The notes: generated by a model from the letters alone, not told the origin. A DNA stretch of 59,866 nt, filler included, from Circinaria calcarea (GCA_051942165.1; 5 parts of 5 records of this genome joined end to end with filler, not necessarily neighbours in it); one strand, 5' to 3'; shown: positions 12,006 to 25,574, counted from the whole stretch's first letter. Numbers and translations are program-made.

Positions 12006-13081
12006 GAAAGGGGGGGAGAGGGGGCGTTTTATATGGCACAAGTGCTTCTTATTTTCGGGTGCAGGCGGAAGTGCAGTTCTATCTGGAACATGGGGAAACA
12101 GAGTTGGATGGAGTGTTTTGTCGGACGCATCTAATTTCATGCAGCCATAGCGATGCGAAAGATATGGAGCGAGGCCATTTTTCTCGTAGGGGTATGAGAA
12201 TGGAAAGGGATGATGCCCCCTTGCAAGGTTGAAAAAGGGAGGCTGATGCCAAGAGGTAGGGCAGGCACGAGGTGCTCAAAACATAATATCAGAGGTATAT
12301 ACAGAAAAAACTCTATCACACATGTACAACATTTAAATCGTGTCATCGCATTCGTCCGTTCGATTCGATCTCTCAATTCAAAACCCGAGACGGCTAGTTT
12401 TTTTAAAAAAAAGTCCCGAGCATAAAGATAGATATCTGATACCTATCTGTAACTTATCTGTAACCGTAACCGTCACAATCACCGTAACCATCAGATATTC
12501 TCTCCACATAACCAATAATTACTACCATATATGATTAAACCGTAAAATAGATTTAAAAAAAGGGGGAACAAGTTTTAAATTGGAACCCCTATTTGGATTG
12601 TTTGGTTGTAGCTTTGCACCAACCGATCCACGACCTTCCCCAAAATATTGGATATGTATGTACAACCTTCTGCACTCGTTTCACACACCCCTCTCTTCTC
12701 CTCCCCTCCTTTCGAACCCTCTCCCCTAGCCTTTGCCCTCACCCAAGATCAACGAATGAAAAAGAACAGAACAGAAACAAAACAGATGCTGCGCAACATC
12801 CTCCATTCCCGAATGCCCTCAAAATCCCCCCTCCTCCCATCGTAAGATGCACTAGCGCCCCAAGAAAGTACCAGCATCGAAAATCCTCCGCTAAAACCCT
12901 TTCCAGCCGATGACTGCGACCAACAGCCATGGCCACGACTATGATCGGGGCCTGGCTTACGCATCCAAAACAACTCCCTTATACACAAGAGAATCCATAA
13001 AGACAAATGGAGGGGTGGTAACCTGGGTATGATGCTCTCGATTCTTCCCTTACCCCCCATATGTCCATCGCACTCTGGTTC

Positions 13082-15515
13082 TTATAACCGCTCCACCTTT
13101 TGCCAACTGTTAAGATACGTCATGATCCCGACCCCTATCAACACGACTCCCAACATCGAAGCGTACGGCGCGGACTCCGTCAACAGGCCATTCCGACTCT
13201 CGGAATGCACCAAGGCAGTTGTGACCGCCTTATGTAAGTCGTGGAGATTATCAATAGGCTCGATGGCCTTGCCATTCTGGTAAGAGGGTTCCTTCGCCTC
13301 AGAAGTGGAAGATTTGGGTGAAGGGTCGCCGTTTTCCACAGGCGTGCTAGGGTTTTCTTCAGTCTGAGTGGCCATCTCGGTGCTCTTCTGCCTCGAATTC
13401 GAGACCTTCACAACGCTAGCGTCTGCTTCCCCCATCCGTATCCGCTCCACCATATCCAGTAGACCGCGCTTTTCATCTTCAGCGCCCTCTGCTCTGCGCC
13501 TATATTTCTCCATTTGCACCTTCATCTCGTCCATTTCTCTGACCATAGACTCTAGCCGTTCTTGCAGTCGTGATGTTGAGACATCCGCCTCTGTTGTGTC
13601 GCGCTGCATATTTTGCATGCTTTCATCAGGAGAGCTTGGTAGAGAATTCGAAATCGGGACCTTGCTATCACGAGTGTGACCTTCGTCATCGACTTCATAT
13701 CCGTTGGGTTGGGTCTGGCTCTCTTGGGCAACTGACTCAGTTGGTGGGTTGAATGCTTCTTCTTCGACGGAATAAGCTTCATCGTCACCAACACCTCGAG
13801 ATCGTGCTTCCAACAGTCGTCGAGTGCGCTCTTCTGCCGACTCACGAGCCTTACGTTCCTTGTATAGCAAGTCTTCTAGGTGCTTAACTCGATCGCCTTG
13901 GGAATCAATTTCCCGTTTCGCCGATGTAAGAGCCTCTACGAGAGAAAGAATCTGACTTGATGATGCTTCAAGCTTTGTGGGCAAGATGTTCTCACCAGAG
14001 CGAGGCCGTTCGGCACCCGCCTTTTTCAAAGACAGCATGTCAATTGATTCGGCTCCTGTGAAACGGCTTACATCTGGTTTTTCGGGTAGTGGTTGTTGAG
14101 GAGGAGGGGCGGGAGGTTGCGAGAATGGCGACATAGGGTCCATTTTAGACTGATGAGGTATGCCATTCATCTGCGCTTCATGGGGCGGAAGTTCTGATGT
14201 TGAAATGGGAGGATTTTTTCCTGATTCCTCTGTAAGGAGAATACCAAAGAAGTCGCCGGTACGGTTAAGATCTTGAGACTGCTGTTTGGCTTGTTTGAGT
14301 TCCGCCTTAGAAAACAATTAGTCTTGAGTAAAGGTAAAGATCTTCGCAGCGGCTTACAGCTAGCTTCCTAACCACCTGCTCAATTGAGACCGGACTCAGC
14401 CAAGAATTCATCTGCCGTTGCGCGACCAGACCATTTCCGTTCGTACCCGCTATTCCATTATGCCCAATCATTCGGGCATTACTTACTATAGAACCTAAAC
14501 TACCACCCCGGCTGCGATTCTGCGGCAGATGTTGAGGGAAGGGTGGTCCCATAATGCCTCCGCCCGAAGCAGGATCGATGTCGCCAAAATTCAGGTCCAT
14601 CACGTTCGTACCATTGTTGACCAGACCTGCATGTTCGACTCTGGCTGATACCTTGTGATGTACAATACTTTTCTGATCCTCGCTAACAATATCGATGCCC
14701 AACTCCAACATATCATGTTCTCGTAGTGCATGCGGTTCCGAATCTCTATTCTCCGGTGAAAGTCTGGTACCGTTGACAAAGGTCCCATTGGAAGATTTGA
14801 CGTCTCGTATCCATATCTTCCCGTTCCGATCCGCCCATACTTCCGCGTGTTGTCTCGAAAGCACCTTAGAGTCGAAGTAGCCATTGACCGGAGTTGGCAC
14901 GGTCTTGGCATTGGTTTGCCGGCCAATTCTTAACATCTCTGGGAGGAACGGCACAGTGATCTGTTTCCTTTCAAATGTACCGTTTACTGGTAAAAGGACC
15001 AGTACGGCCTGAGGTTCGGGAGGTCCGGACGTCGCTGCTGGCCGTGTACCATTCTGTTGTTGCACTGCTGGATTCATATTCTGTGATGGTAAAATAGGAG
15101 AAGGTTGATGTATGGCTGACATTGCTGATGCTGCAGATGGACCGGAAGGGGGCGTCGGCATAGGCTGTGGTCGAGCATCCGTAATACCAGACACAGGCTC
15201 CGCCTTCGAAGACGGCCAAAGCCCTCGGGCAGGTTTCTTACGATGTATCCAGCCTTCTGGGTGGCCGTTCGTCGTTGGAGGTGGTCCACCGTTGGTGAGA
15301 GGAGACGTTGATGATACCGTAGTGTTAGAGGAAGAGGACGTGGTAGATGAGATAGACGAAGACGAATTTGATCGCTGTGGACCTTTGCGAGACATGAATA
15401 TTCGTGTGACGTCGTCTGCGCTCATCGAGTTAAGCCCCCCGGGTGCTCCATTACCAGTGTTCCATCCCAATCGAGGCAGAGGCTCAAAGCTCGGTGGAGA
15501 TGCTACCGCAGTCAT
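13082..15515 (-). CDS. VPS64: FHA-domain, coiled-coil, tail-anchored protein (Vps64/Far9-Far10/SLMAP-like STRIPAK component)
   Basis: Start MTAVASPPSF at 15515. FHA motifs RIGRQT, FDSKVLSRQHA and DVKSSNGTFVNG. Intron 14357-14306, coiled coils, and a C-terminal TM segment (LGVVLIGVGIMTYL). Confidence 0.88.
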
Positions 15516-17312
15516 TGGGGAAGTTTCGACCTTGGGTGTATTCCAAAACAACTTCAGTCCAGCTCTTCCGATGCTAGTCAAATAGGCTGATCGATTGGTT
15601 ATATAGGCGCCAAATCATTGGCTGGCTTGGATGTCCCAAGATCCTCAGTACGTGTTGGCGGTGTTGTATCAACGGTCGATCAGACGTTGCACAATATTAT
15701 CGACTGATAAATCTGAACGGACTCAACTCTGGTCGGAAAGTTGAAGCAACGATGGTGGGAACGGCGTAGTGCAGGATGTCGAGACTCGTGAGACGGGAAG
15801 TCAGCATTGACAAAGGGCCGTTGAGTATCGGGCAAAATGGAGGCAACGATGATTATGGACAGCGCTGGTCCAAGTCGAGTTTTGGGCGGTCGAAATGCGA
15901 TTCTGTGGTCGTGTGCAGCGCTGAGGGAGCGTGGGGTGATGTTGTCCGTATCCCCTAACCCGGAACTGGTTTCCCGCCCGCGAAAGGTTTTGATCGCTCC
16001 ACAAGGCAGGTTGGAGGGCGGGTAGTGTGTGTGATGTGTGATGTGTAATCGGAAGGAACTCCGTAATGATGCTGGTACTGCTCCGCTGTATTGGAGGCTT
16101 ACTGTCGTAGGGGGAAACGTCGAAAGGGGAAGAATTATTTGATTGGCGTACGGGAGGACGCCCTCACGCTCCATCGAATAAGATGAGACAATGGAACAGT
16201 CCACTCGGAGTTGCCCCCTCTTGCATCACGTGACACTGCGCCAGCGTTTGCATTGTTTGATCGTGTTCATTGGAACCGATACAGGACAGGACAGTACAGT
16301 ACTTATTTGATACGGACAGGCGACTGTAGTCACACATCTCCAGGCATCCAGTTACCCGTGAGCTTGTCTCCAAAGAGGACATAGGACCGTCAATATGCCT
16401 CCGATGCCCACAAATACCGGTGGTCGCGGTGTGCGCGCCCCGTCGACGTTTGATAAATGTACTCTCCGACACCCGCAGCGGTCTGAACTCTTATGGCACG
16501 CAAACAAAGCTGATTCTGAATTCAGGGAAGATGGGTGCTATGCTAGGAGGATGTATGCTCAAGGGGGTCCGTCGGATTCGCATTTACGAAGCTGACATTG
16601 TCATCTACTAGCCGTTGGGATGATCATGGGCTTTCTCTTCGGTATAGATCAAGGATATCCGTATGCAAGGGATGTGCGCTAAGGGGTCGAACAGGAGGCT
16701 TCAATATAATGAGATTCGGGGCGGGTCCAAATGGTCCGATGAGGACTTTGGGCCAATACATGCTTGGCTCAGCAGCAACGTTTGGGTATGACTTACCCCA
16801 ATGTCCCAATCCCAAGCTGTGCTAACGGTCGCGCCTAGGTTCTTCATGTCCATCGGAAGCGTCATAAGGACCGAGGGAAGGTCACCAACGACAGCTGAAG
16901 CGTATGCGAGAGTACGAAGACAACCCATTATAATGCCAAGGCAGTACAATAGAAGGCCGGGAGATGGACGGTGAAAGAAAGGGGGGATCGCAAAGACAGA
17001 ATGACTTTCATTTCCACAAATGTGACATTGATGGTATTCCTTGACTGTTCGGACACTAACATAGTTGTCCTGTACCCAACCATGCCCTCCACCGTGAAAC
17101 CCAACTATTATTATACAATCCAAAAATGCCTTTTCCCCAAGCTGCAATATCCACAGGAAGTAGGCCGTCCATCCAAATCTTCATCGACTATCAAGCGACA
17201 AATGTCCAAGGGAAAAGAAAGTTGGCGAGAACGTCAAATCCAAGCCAAGGCTGGTAATTTACTCAGGAGAGCGTGAACAGTCGTGAGGGATAAGAGTTGT
17301 GCGGGTACATAT

Positions 17313-18335
17313 TCACATAACGACACACTTGCTTTCACTTTTCGCACCGTTTGCTCCTTTGACCGAAAGGGCCACTCGAGCTGCTTCAGTGAAAGCCTCA
17401 TTAACTCCTCGGTTTCTCTTCGCAGAACATTCTAATAGCAATGTCAGCATAGTGACCTCAATTGCTGTCAATTCCCGATTGTCATATACCCAGATATCGA
17501 AGGGCCTGGATCCTCCTAGCCACCTCTAATCCTTGCGTGTAGTCTATCATGTCCTTCTTTTCCGGCGTAGGAGCATGCTCTTCGCTTTCTTCTTCTTCTT
17601 CATCTGTTTGCTGTTCCCGCAGATCACATTTGAGTGCAACAAGCACTAATTTGACGCCTTGGCAGTTCTCAGCTATTTCACTCACCCACTTTGATTCAAT
17701 GTTTTCCAAGGAATCTTTAGAGTCGACCTAGAGCATGCATGTCAGATTCTCCAAGAATGAAGTTGTGGAGTGCGCCATACACTGAAGCATAGCATGATAG
17801 TGTGGGTGTCATCGTAAGAGAGCGATCTTAGACGATCGAATTCCTCTTGTCCAGCCGTATCCCATAGCGATAATTCAATGTGGACATTGTCCACGAATAT
17901 GTCTGGATATTTCCTCAGCTTGAGCATACGAGCGAAGGGTCTTGTGACAAACCGTGCACGTAGTTTTCTAGAGCGTATCAGCATCTTGTCCGGCACCGTA
18001 TCTAATCTCCTACTCACCGAAAACAGTAGGCTCACTAGGCAGTCAGACTGTGTCAGTCTAGAAACTATTTGTGGACGCTTCGTGAAGCAGCGCGACCTAC
18101 TATACAGTGGGAAAATACCTATTTCACACCAGGCGCATCAGTGAATACCCGTAGCATATACGGCAATCCTTAACATACCCTCGGGTGAATACGTTGAGGA
18201 GAGATGTCTTTCCGCAAGCACCGTCACCTCTGTTATATGCGATGTCAGCCGGTCATCACTTCGGCGTGAACAACAGACGACATACAACAGGACCAATTTG
18301 CGCTGAACAGTCTTGCTCCCGCCGCACAAAGGCAT
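17313..18335 (-). CDS. RHO3: Rho-family GTPase Rho3 (8 exons)
   Basis: Spliced product [26 protein letters not shown]...YFPTVYEPTVFENYVHD...[13 protein letters not shown]...LKCDLR...ECSAK...KCVVM-stop (CAAX). Exons 18335-18286, 18229-18179, 18118-18101, 18034-18018, 17967-17953, 17902-17781, 17727-17490, 17431-17313. Confidence 0.95.
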
Positions 18336-19029
18336 ATCGAACGCCGCTGATCCAGTTGTTGATAAGACGCCGGAGGCTCAATTGCGCAAAGTATACTACA
18401 GAGATTGGAAGGTAATGAATGATATATGGACTTGAGATGTGGTCAATCCAAATGTTGATGACATTTGACGTGAGACGCAGGGTAATCAACTGGCATAGCG
18501 TGATCCCAGTCCCAATCTCAATGATCCTATTATTATCTGCTGTCGGCACTCGGGAAGGACGATTTGCGCTACTGCCGGGGAGAAGATGTGCTACCGGGAT
18601 CTTACAGTCTAAATATTCGGGGAGCAGCCTTCTTGGGTTTTAGGGTGGTCTTCGAGTTCAACATCTTTCATCGAGTGGTATATCGAGGCCTTGTCATCTC
18701 AAGAGACGCATCAATCGTGGGTGCTTGACCTTCTCGTAGACAAGGACTTGTAGAATAGATATGCAGTCCTCGAGTCCACGAGCTCTGCTATGAGTACAAT
18801 ATATTTCCCGATTTATCTACCGGTTCACTCTCTTCACATTGATCAGTAGGGAATCGAGACGTTCTTATCGTAATCGTATCTAGGGTATCAACCAGCTGTG
18901 CTACTGTCACATTCAGTTCGCTCTTGCTTAAAGAAAAGAGTATCCGAGCAGGAGAATCTTCGGAGAATGTCAGGAGAATAGTGCCAAATTGCACTCGGCC
19001 GGTGAGCATCCATGCCTCTAAAGTCCTGA

Positions 19030-20199
19030 TTAACCGTCGTTCTCCCTCTGATATCCAGCCCTTCCCCTTCGCATACGTTCCCCCAAGTCCATATCGCCCG
19101 CTTTACGACTCAAGCCGTTGATATAATCCCCACTCGCACCATGTTTTGCCGCCTTTGCTCTCGCAACTTCGTCTACTTCTCTGTCCCTATTCTCCCTTTC
19201 TGACAACGCTGCGAGCCTCTCTTCCCTGTCTCGATCTAGCTTACTAGCGTCCTCTTGCATTGCAGCTAACCTCGAAGCCCGATTATCCCCTTCAGGCTCT
19301 GGTCGTGATCTCTGGTTCGAGTTATGGGAGCTCCTCTGCAATGGTGTACTCCAGCTCTTACTTGGCTTCAGCCGGTAGTGGTTGTCCCGATACCTATCCG
19401 GAGATCTCGACCTCCGAGATATCGGTGATGATTTCCTTGCGTGATAATAGGGCGAGGGTGATCGACGTCGATATGGGGATAGAGACCGAGAAGATGATGA
19501 AGATCCTGAGCGTCGTCTTTCGTAATGCCTTGGCTCCCGATATTCTCGGTCCCTGGCTTCTTCAAATCTACGTCGCTTGTGAGAACGACCGTCATCACGA
19601 TCGTCCCGACGGTGATGATGATGTTTTCTGCCGTCACGGTTGCCGTGATGCCGATGCTTGTGATGCTTGCGGTCCTTCTCTTTCGTGTTTATATCCTGGC
19701 CTGCAGCTTTGAGCAATAGACGTCGGCGAACTGGATCGTTTATCATAGCTTCGTAGGCAGCTTGTTCTTGCTTCTTGATAGCGAGCATGGGATCCTCCCG
19801 AATCTTCGACGTCGTATCTTTGACAGTGTTGGCATACTGTAAGGCCATGAAGGATTCCTCGGTAGCGGCCTTTTCGAGCTTCTTAGACTCCGTACCCTTC
19901 ACTAAGCCGTCAATCCTCCTCTTGCCCAGTAAATAACCCTCCATCTCCTCGGTAGTACCCGCCTGCCCGCTCGATGGTCCGGAGTACATCCAGTCGACTC
20001 GGTTCAGTCTCTTTTTACCGCCAGCCGCTTCTTGCATTTCCTGTAATTCCTGTATTTGCCTTTCCTCTTGCCTTTCCTTCATCATCTGATCGATACGCTT
20101 ACGCTCGTCGAGCGCCTTTTTCTCTTCTTCCCATACCCGCCGCTGATTGCTCATGAGCACGGGGTGCCATGACTTTTTCAGATTGAGATCTCCACCCAT
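19030..20199 (-). CDS. CWC25: Pre-mRNA splicing factor Cwc25
   Basis: Starts MGGDLNLKKSWHP at 20199. Contains RVDWMY, EGYLLGKRRID, KIREDPMLAIK and an R/S/H-rich tail. Confidence 0.93.
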   Translation of the reverse strand: MGGDLNLKKSWHPVLMSNQRRVWEEEKKALDERKRIDQMMKERQEERQIQELQEMQEAAGGKKRLNRVDWMYSGPSSGQAGTTEEMEGYLLGKRRIDGLVKGTESKKLEKAATEESFMALQYANTVKDTTSKIREDPMLAIKKQEQAAYEAMINDPVRRRLLLKAAGQDINTKEKDRKHHKHRHHGNRDGRKHHHHRRDDRDDGRSHKRRRFEEARDREYREPRHYERRRSGSSSSSRSLSPYRRRSPSPYYHARKSSPISRRSRSPDRYRDNHYRLKPSKSWSTPLQRSSHNSNQRSRPEPEGDNRASRLAAMQEDASKLDRDREERLAALSERENRDREVDEVARAKAAKHGASGDYINGLSRKAGDMDLGERMRRGRAGYQRENDG

Positions 20200-20569
20200 C
20201 TTGAATAGCTCAAACCACTTCGACTTGAGTGAGTTTAAGTAAAGTGGCACCTCAAGATATTCTGCACCCGCCGGAGACAATCTGCTGCTTACAAGTGTTG
20301 TGAGGTTGTTAAGTTTAAGCCCAGGGCCGTCAAATAAAGTAGAGTTGCGGTAAACCCCAGATGACGCTAAGCCTTGCAGATCACTTAGTTGATCATTTAG
20401 GTTTCCACCTGTCGGTACGTTTGGAGTCCGATGGCACGGACCTTTGCACGGACCAACGCCCGAATATATACCAGCTCTAAACATTAATTACCACTGGGTA
20501 ACAAACATCACCGCTCCACACATTCAAATCACCACCTGTCTGAGGTGTAATACCGAAGAAATCCCCAAC

Positions 20570-22337
20570 ATGTCTGACGATGATTTCATGCAAGACTCGG
20601 ATCCGGAGCAGTGAGGACCACCTGCCATAATTCGTTGGAGATGCGCTTTCTAATTACATCTTAGATATGACTTTGAATACGAAGATGATGACGACGAGGA
20701 AACCGGAGATGTTGATATCGAGAATAAGTACTACAACGCAAAGCAGATGAAAGGCGATAACCCTGAAGAGGCCATTACCGAATTCCTTGGATTACCAGCG
20801 CTGGAGCAAGAGAAAGGGGATTGGTCAGTGGATATCAATCCAACGCCTGGATGGTAGCTCATTGTCATTAAAAGGGGTTTCAAGGGCTTGAAGCAGGCGA
20901 TCAAACTTGAGTTCAAGCTCGGCCAGTATGACAAGGTAGGACTCTTGATGTAGACCAGACAGTGTCATGGTTAATAGTCTGAGCTTAGGCTATCGAACAC
21001 TATCGGGAGCTACTTACTTATGTCAAATCGGCTGTTACTCGTAACTACTCAGAAAAGTCTATCAATAATATGCTCGATTTCATCGAAAAGGGTACAGATG
21101 ACGAGAGGGCGTACAGATGCATGGAGCAATTCTACTCTCAGACACTTGATTCATTCCAGAGCACCAACAATGAACGGTTATGGCTGAAGACAAATATCAA
21201 ACTCGCCCGTTTGTGGTTGGATCGGAGGGAATATGCACAACTTGTGAAAAAGGTGCGCGAGCTACACAAGGCATGTCAGAAGGAAGATGGAACAGACGAC
21301 CCAAGCAAAGGAACTTATTCGCTAGAGATCTATGCTCTTGAGATCCAGATGTATGCCGATACAAGGAACAACAAGCGCCTAAAGGTAGTGAATTCTCCAT
21401 CCAGCTTTATGCTCCACCTTCAATGGACTTTAACATGGATCCATAGGCTCTATATCAACGTGCACTTAAGGTCAGATCAGCCGTACCCCATCCCAAAATC
21501 ATGGGCATAATACGCGAGTGCGGAGGGAAAATGCACATGAGCGAGGGTAAGAATCTCGCCGAGTACTCCTCGTTCTGATGTTAACCAGGAGTAGAGAATT
21601 GGAAGGAAGCTCAAACCGACTTTTTTGAATCGTTTCGAAACTATGACGAAGCCGGATCATTACAGCGTATTCAAGTACTAAAATATCTTGTCCTAACCAC
21701 TATGCTCATGAAGAGCGATATCAATCCTTTCGACTCCCAAGAGACTAAGCCATACAAGAACGACCCTCGGATATCTGCCATGACTGATTTAGTCGATGCG
21801 TACCAGCGCGATGATATCCACCAGTATGAATCGATCCTACAAAACAACAAAGACGTCCTTGCCGACCCGTTCATTGCCGAGAATATCGATGAAGTTACGC
21901 GAAATATGCGTACAAAGGCTGTGTTGAAGCTTGTAGCTCCATATACGCGTTTCACTCTAGCTTTCGTAGCAAAACAACTGAAGATTTCACAGACAGAAGT
22001 TGAAGATATCGTAGGCTTCCTAATCGTGGATAAAAAGCTGAACGGAAAAATCGACCAGGAAAAGGGTACTGTAGAAATTGAGAGCAACCTGGATACCGAT
22101 CGAACGCAAGCAATGCAAGAATGGACCATGGCTCTCAAATCCCTCTGGAAGACCATACTGAATGAAGGAGAGGGATTCAAGTCGGATGAGTCTTCGCAGT
22201 ATATGGGAGGATCAATGGCGCCTAGTCTAATGTCTTCGCAAATGGACATTGGGAGCATGACGCATGGCGGACCACGGGAGATATTTGGCTTCGGCAAGTC
22301 CAAAGGAGCTCAGAAGAAAGGTGCTGGGCGTGCATGA
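20570..22337 (+). CDS. CSN2: COP9 signalosome subunit 2 (PCI domain)
   Basis: MSDDDFMQ start, ENKYYNAK, AVTRNYSEKSIN, NERLWLKTN, IIRECGGKMH, INPFDSQETKPYKNDP and a C-terminal PCI region. Five short introns. Divergent from CWC25 across about 370 bp. Confidence 0.94.
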
Positions 22338-23378
22338 ATGAATGATAGGGATGATGTGATTGAGTTTTATCAAGCATTAACCAAGAAGCCATTCTGTTGT
22401 TCCCATGCATGGTACTAGGGTCTTCGACTCCAAACGATACTTGTCATGCTAGACCTTCTGGTTCTGGGAAAAGGGCTTCATCCATGGTCCAGGTTCTTAA
22501 ATATTGGAACCATTAGCGCCGTCAGTTGCAGGTACGATGGCTCTATGGTTATTATCTCCATGGAACCATTAATTATGGCGCAGCATAGGATTTGGCACTG
22601 CTTGGAGTGGGATATCTTGCAGAAGCCAACTGCAGGTGGGCAAGAGCTCAAGCTTGGTACGGATAATGGCATGGGAAAAGTGCTGATTACCCATACAATC
22701 TGGTCATTACACCGTGCACAAATTTCCTGGGCACCTTATGCATATGTGAGCACATATTGTAGCAAATCGTGATTGTAATTGAAAAGCGACATTGGTACAC
22801 GTTCGTTGTCTTCGTTCGGACCTTATGATAGGTCACAGACCTTTTGTAGCGGCCTAGCCAATTGATCAACTCTCGCACAACTGAGGTTATATGGTGCTCC
22901 GATACAACCCTCTCTCATGATATTAACTGAACATTAGGATCCATGGAAGAGGTGTAATCTTTCAACAGAATTGCAAATCTCGTTACATTACCCTTGCATT
23001 TGAGCCAATATTAGAAAGTCCTGAACACTTAGTGTTGAGGGACTTCCTACTTTTCTGAGCTGGGTATAGATAGCAGCAAGAGATACCAAGTTCATTCCAG
23101 CATACATATCGTAAGTCTATCTTCCACTGTCACGTGTCGTCGTGGTTTAAGTCTGTGGATTGAGCGAGGATTCCCACATGTCTTGTCAAGAAAGTGAATG
23201 TTGCACCAATGTAATGAGATGAATCATAGGTACTCACTAGGACGTTCTTACTGCATCTCAAACGGTTTTTATGTGCTGGCATTGTATTGCTTTCGAAATC
23301 ACATGCTTTTGATCATCTTGCCAACTGTGGTCTGTTAGTACAAGAGAACGGCACGCTTTAAGGCTCGCCCAGCTAGAC

Positions 23379-23910
23379 ATGGCAACTATGCCCACTGAAG
23401 AAGAGATGGCAGAGCTCCAGAAGAGGTCAAATGAATACCAGCCACAGGTCAAGGTAAAGTAGCCTGACGACATGGAAAATGTTCAATCTCAGACATATCA
23501 CCCAGGGTCTTCCCATTGGACCTCGACAATCCACTCAAGCCATTACGGCCGAGTATGCACAATCCGATCCGGTATATGTGACCAAAACGACGGTAAGCTG
23601 ATGGTTGGGAGTTATTTTCAATGCCACTCGGCTTACGCTCGGTCTGCAGGCACTTCCCGAACGGTTCTCGCATTACAGGGCTGTAAGGGGCGATGGGAAC
23701 TGTGGCTGGCGAGGTGCATCTCATATCTATATCTGATATACCGTAGAGCGAAGACTAAACTCTTTCCCTAGCCATAGTATTCGGCTACTTTGAGGCTCTT
23801 CTACGCATGAACGATCCAACAAAATTTACTCTGGAAGAAGAACGCCTGACATCTTTCAACAGTATTCTAGACAAAGTCGGATACAAGGAATTTGCCTACA
23901 GTGATTGGGT
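23379..23910 (+). CDS. Otubain-like deubiquitinase (peptidase C65), 3'-truncated by the contig end
   Basis: Splicing three short introns gives MATMPTEEEMAELQKRSNEYQP...HYRAVRGDGNCGWRAIVFGYFEAL. RGDGNC is the OTU/otubain catalytic Cys motif. Confidence 0.8.
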
Positions 23911-24010
23911 NNNNNNNNNNNNNNNNNNNNNNNNNNNNNNNNNNNNNNNNNNNNTTAATTAATTAANNNNNNNNNNNNNNNNNNNNNNNNNNNNNNNNNN
24001 NNNNNNNNNN
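23911..24010. other. Artificial contig linker
   Basis: N44-TTAATTAATTAA-N44. Confidence 0.98.
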
Positions 24011-25366
24011 CGGCAGTTAACCTACCTTGCTGTTGCGGTAAGGTACATGCCCGCCTTCCTTGCCCTGGCCCAAAGCTCCGATAACGTCCCCGAGGCAGCT
24101 CAGGCTCTTGTTGATGTTCTGCGTCTCCTTCAGTCGCTCGCCGGTGCTGCAATTATCGCTCAACCGTTCGCTCCCCGCTAAGTCTACCAGGTTCAAGGTA
24201 CCCTCACTTTTCTCCCCTGTTATGTGGTTGTCGCCAGTAAGCTTGAGGATGAAGACTGAATGACTCCGCGACGACCGCTCATTCGCTTTTGTGGCGGCGA
24301 CAGACCGATTAGTCGTGGCTTGCCGAAGGGTACTCTCTACTCTGGTGGGAGAGTCGAGCCGGACCGTGGTGATGCCAGTTATGTTCGTCTTGCACTTCTT
24401 CATGTCGTGCCGGATTTCGTGCTTTTTCTTATCCAAGTCGTCCGCCTTTCCAAGTAGGTCATTGATGTTTTCGTTGTAGACTTCAATGAATGAGCCCTCC
24501 ATTGAATATTTCCAGCCTTTCTCTTCTAGAGCCTGTGTGGTATCGTAGATCTGGTGGACGGCGCGAGGAATCATGCCATCCTCAGATGACATGGTATAAG
24601 TTTTACCAGCGCCAGTTTGTCCGTAGCAGAAAATACAGACATTATAACCGTCCAGAGCACTCTGGATAAACTGACTGATTTCTTCAAAGACATCTGCGTT
24701 TTGAGATTTTGAATGAAAAACATGATCGAAGGTAAAGGCATACGTCTTGCTTCTGACAGTTCCAAGACTGTTCTTCTCTTCCGGTCCCAGCACCTCAAGT
24801 TTCGAATTGCCTTGACTATCGGGGAAATTGATGCTCGCAGCTCCGTTGACTGGGTCGGTTTGCAGTAATAATCGAACACGACAAAAGACTCTAATGCTGC
24901 CTTTCAGTTCTTGCACCTGGTTGTGGAGTGTTCTTCTCAGCGACTCTTCGATGCGTAACTTGTTATTCGCCTCGGCCACTTGCTTAATAGCATCTTCGGT
25001 TCTTTGCTCCGAATCCGCAAAGGCTTGTGATTGAGTTCTGTAGTCTGATTCAAGAGTGTTGATTCGAGCATACAAACTTCGCATCGACGATTCAAGGCTT
25101 AGTGAATAGTCTTTTGCCCCAGAGAGTTCTGACTGCAGATCATGGTTAAGCTTGCGCTCTCGAGTTAGATCTAACTTGGCTTGTTCGAGATCTCCTTGTA
25201 TAGTGTGTGATGTACTTTCCAGGGCCTGTGTTTCTTCCCCGGGCCGGCTTACCTCGACGTCGTTACTATCAGAGTGTCCTTGATTATAGGGGCTGGATGG
25301 ATTTTTCACTAATTTTCTCAGGCGTTCTTTTTTCTCGTCTGAAAACATTGTGAATGTTGCTCGCAT
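24011..25366 (-). CDS. Kinesin-14 (Kar3/KlpA-like C-terminal motor) with a short N-terminus; 3' end lost at the contig edge
   Basis: Coiled coil, then neck LHNQVQELKGSIRVFCRVR, P-loop GQTGAGKT, switch I NERSSRSH, switch II LVDLAGSE and HVPYRNSK followed by intron donor GTAGGT near 24025. Confidence 0.85.
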
Positions 25367-25574
25367 TCTACGTCTGTGTGCTCGCTTTTTATGCTACGGA
25401 AAGCAACAGGCCGCTAGGCCGAATAAGATCTACAAGGGTTAAGGCGAAAACCGTTCCGCTAAAACGGTTAAATGCAAGCGAAATGTAAAGCGCGTGGAGA
25501 AAGTGGGAAAGGAAAAGCGCTAATTAGGTGCGCCCCTTTCGCTTTATATTTTTACCGAGCCACGTACTAGCGTA

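Noticed and set aside
12400..12560. Short GTAACC/ATCTG-type iterations and A/T runs
   Set aside because: Low-complexity 3' flank. Not a telomeric TTAGGG array, and no clear structure.
15680..17276. Multiple short ORFs between VPS64 and RHO3
   Set aside because: No domain signal or consistent splice structure; treated as intergenic or UTR.
20200..20484. 95-aa N-terminal extension of the Cwc25 ORF
   Set aside because: The conserved protein begins at MGGDLN (20199). The extension spans the shared CWC25/CSN2 promoter and uses a non-ATG start.
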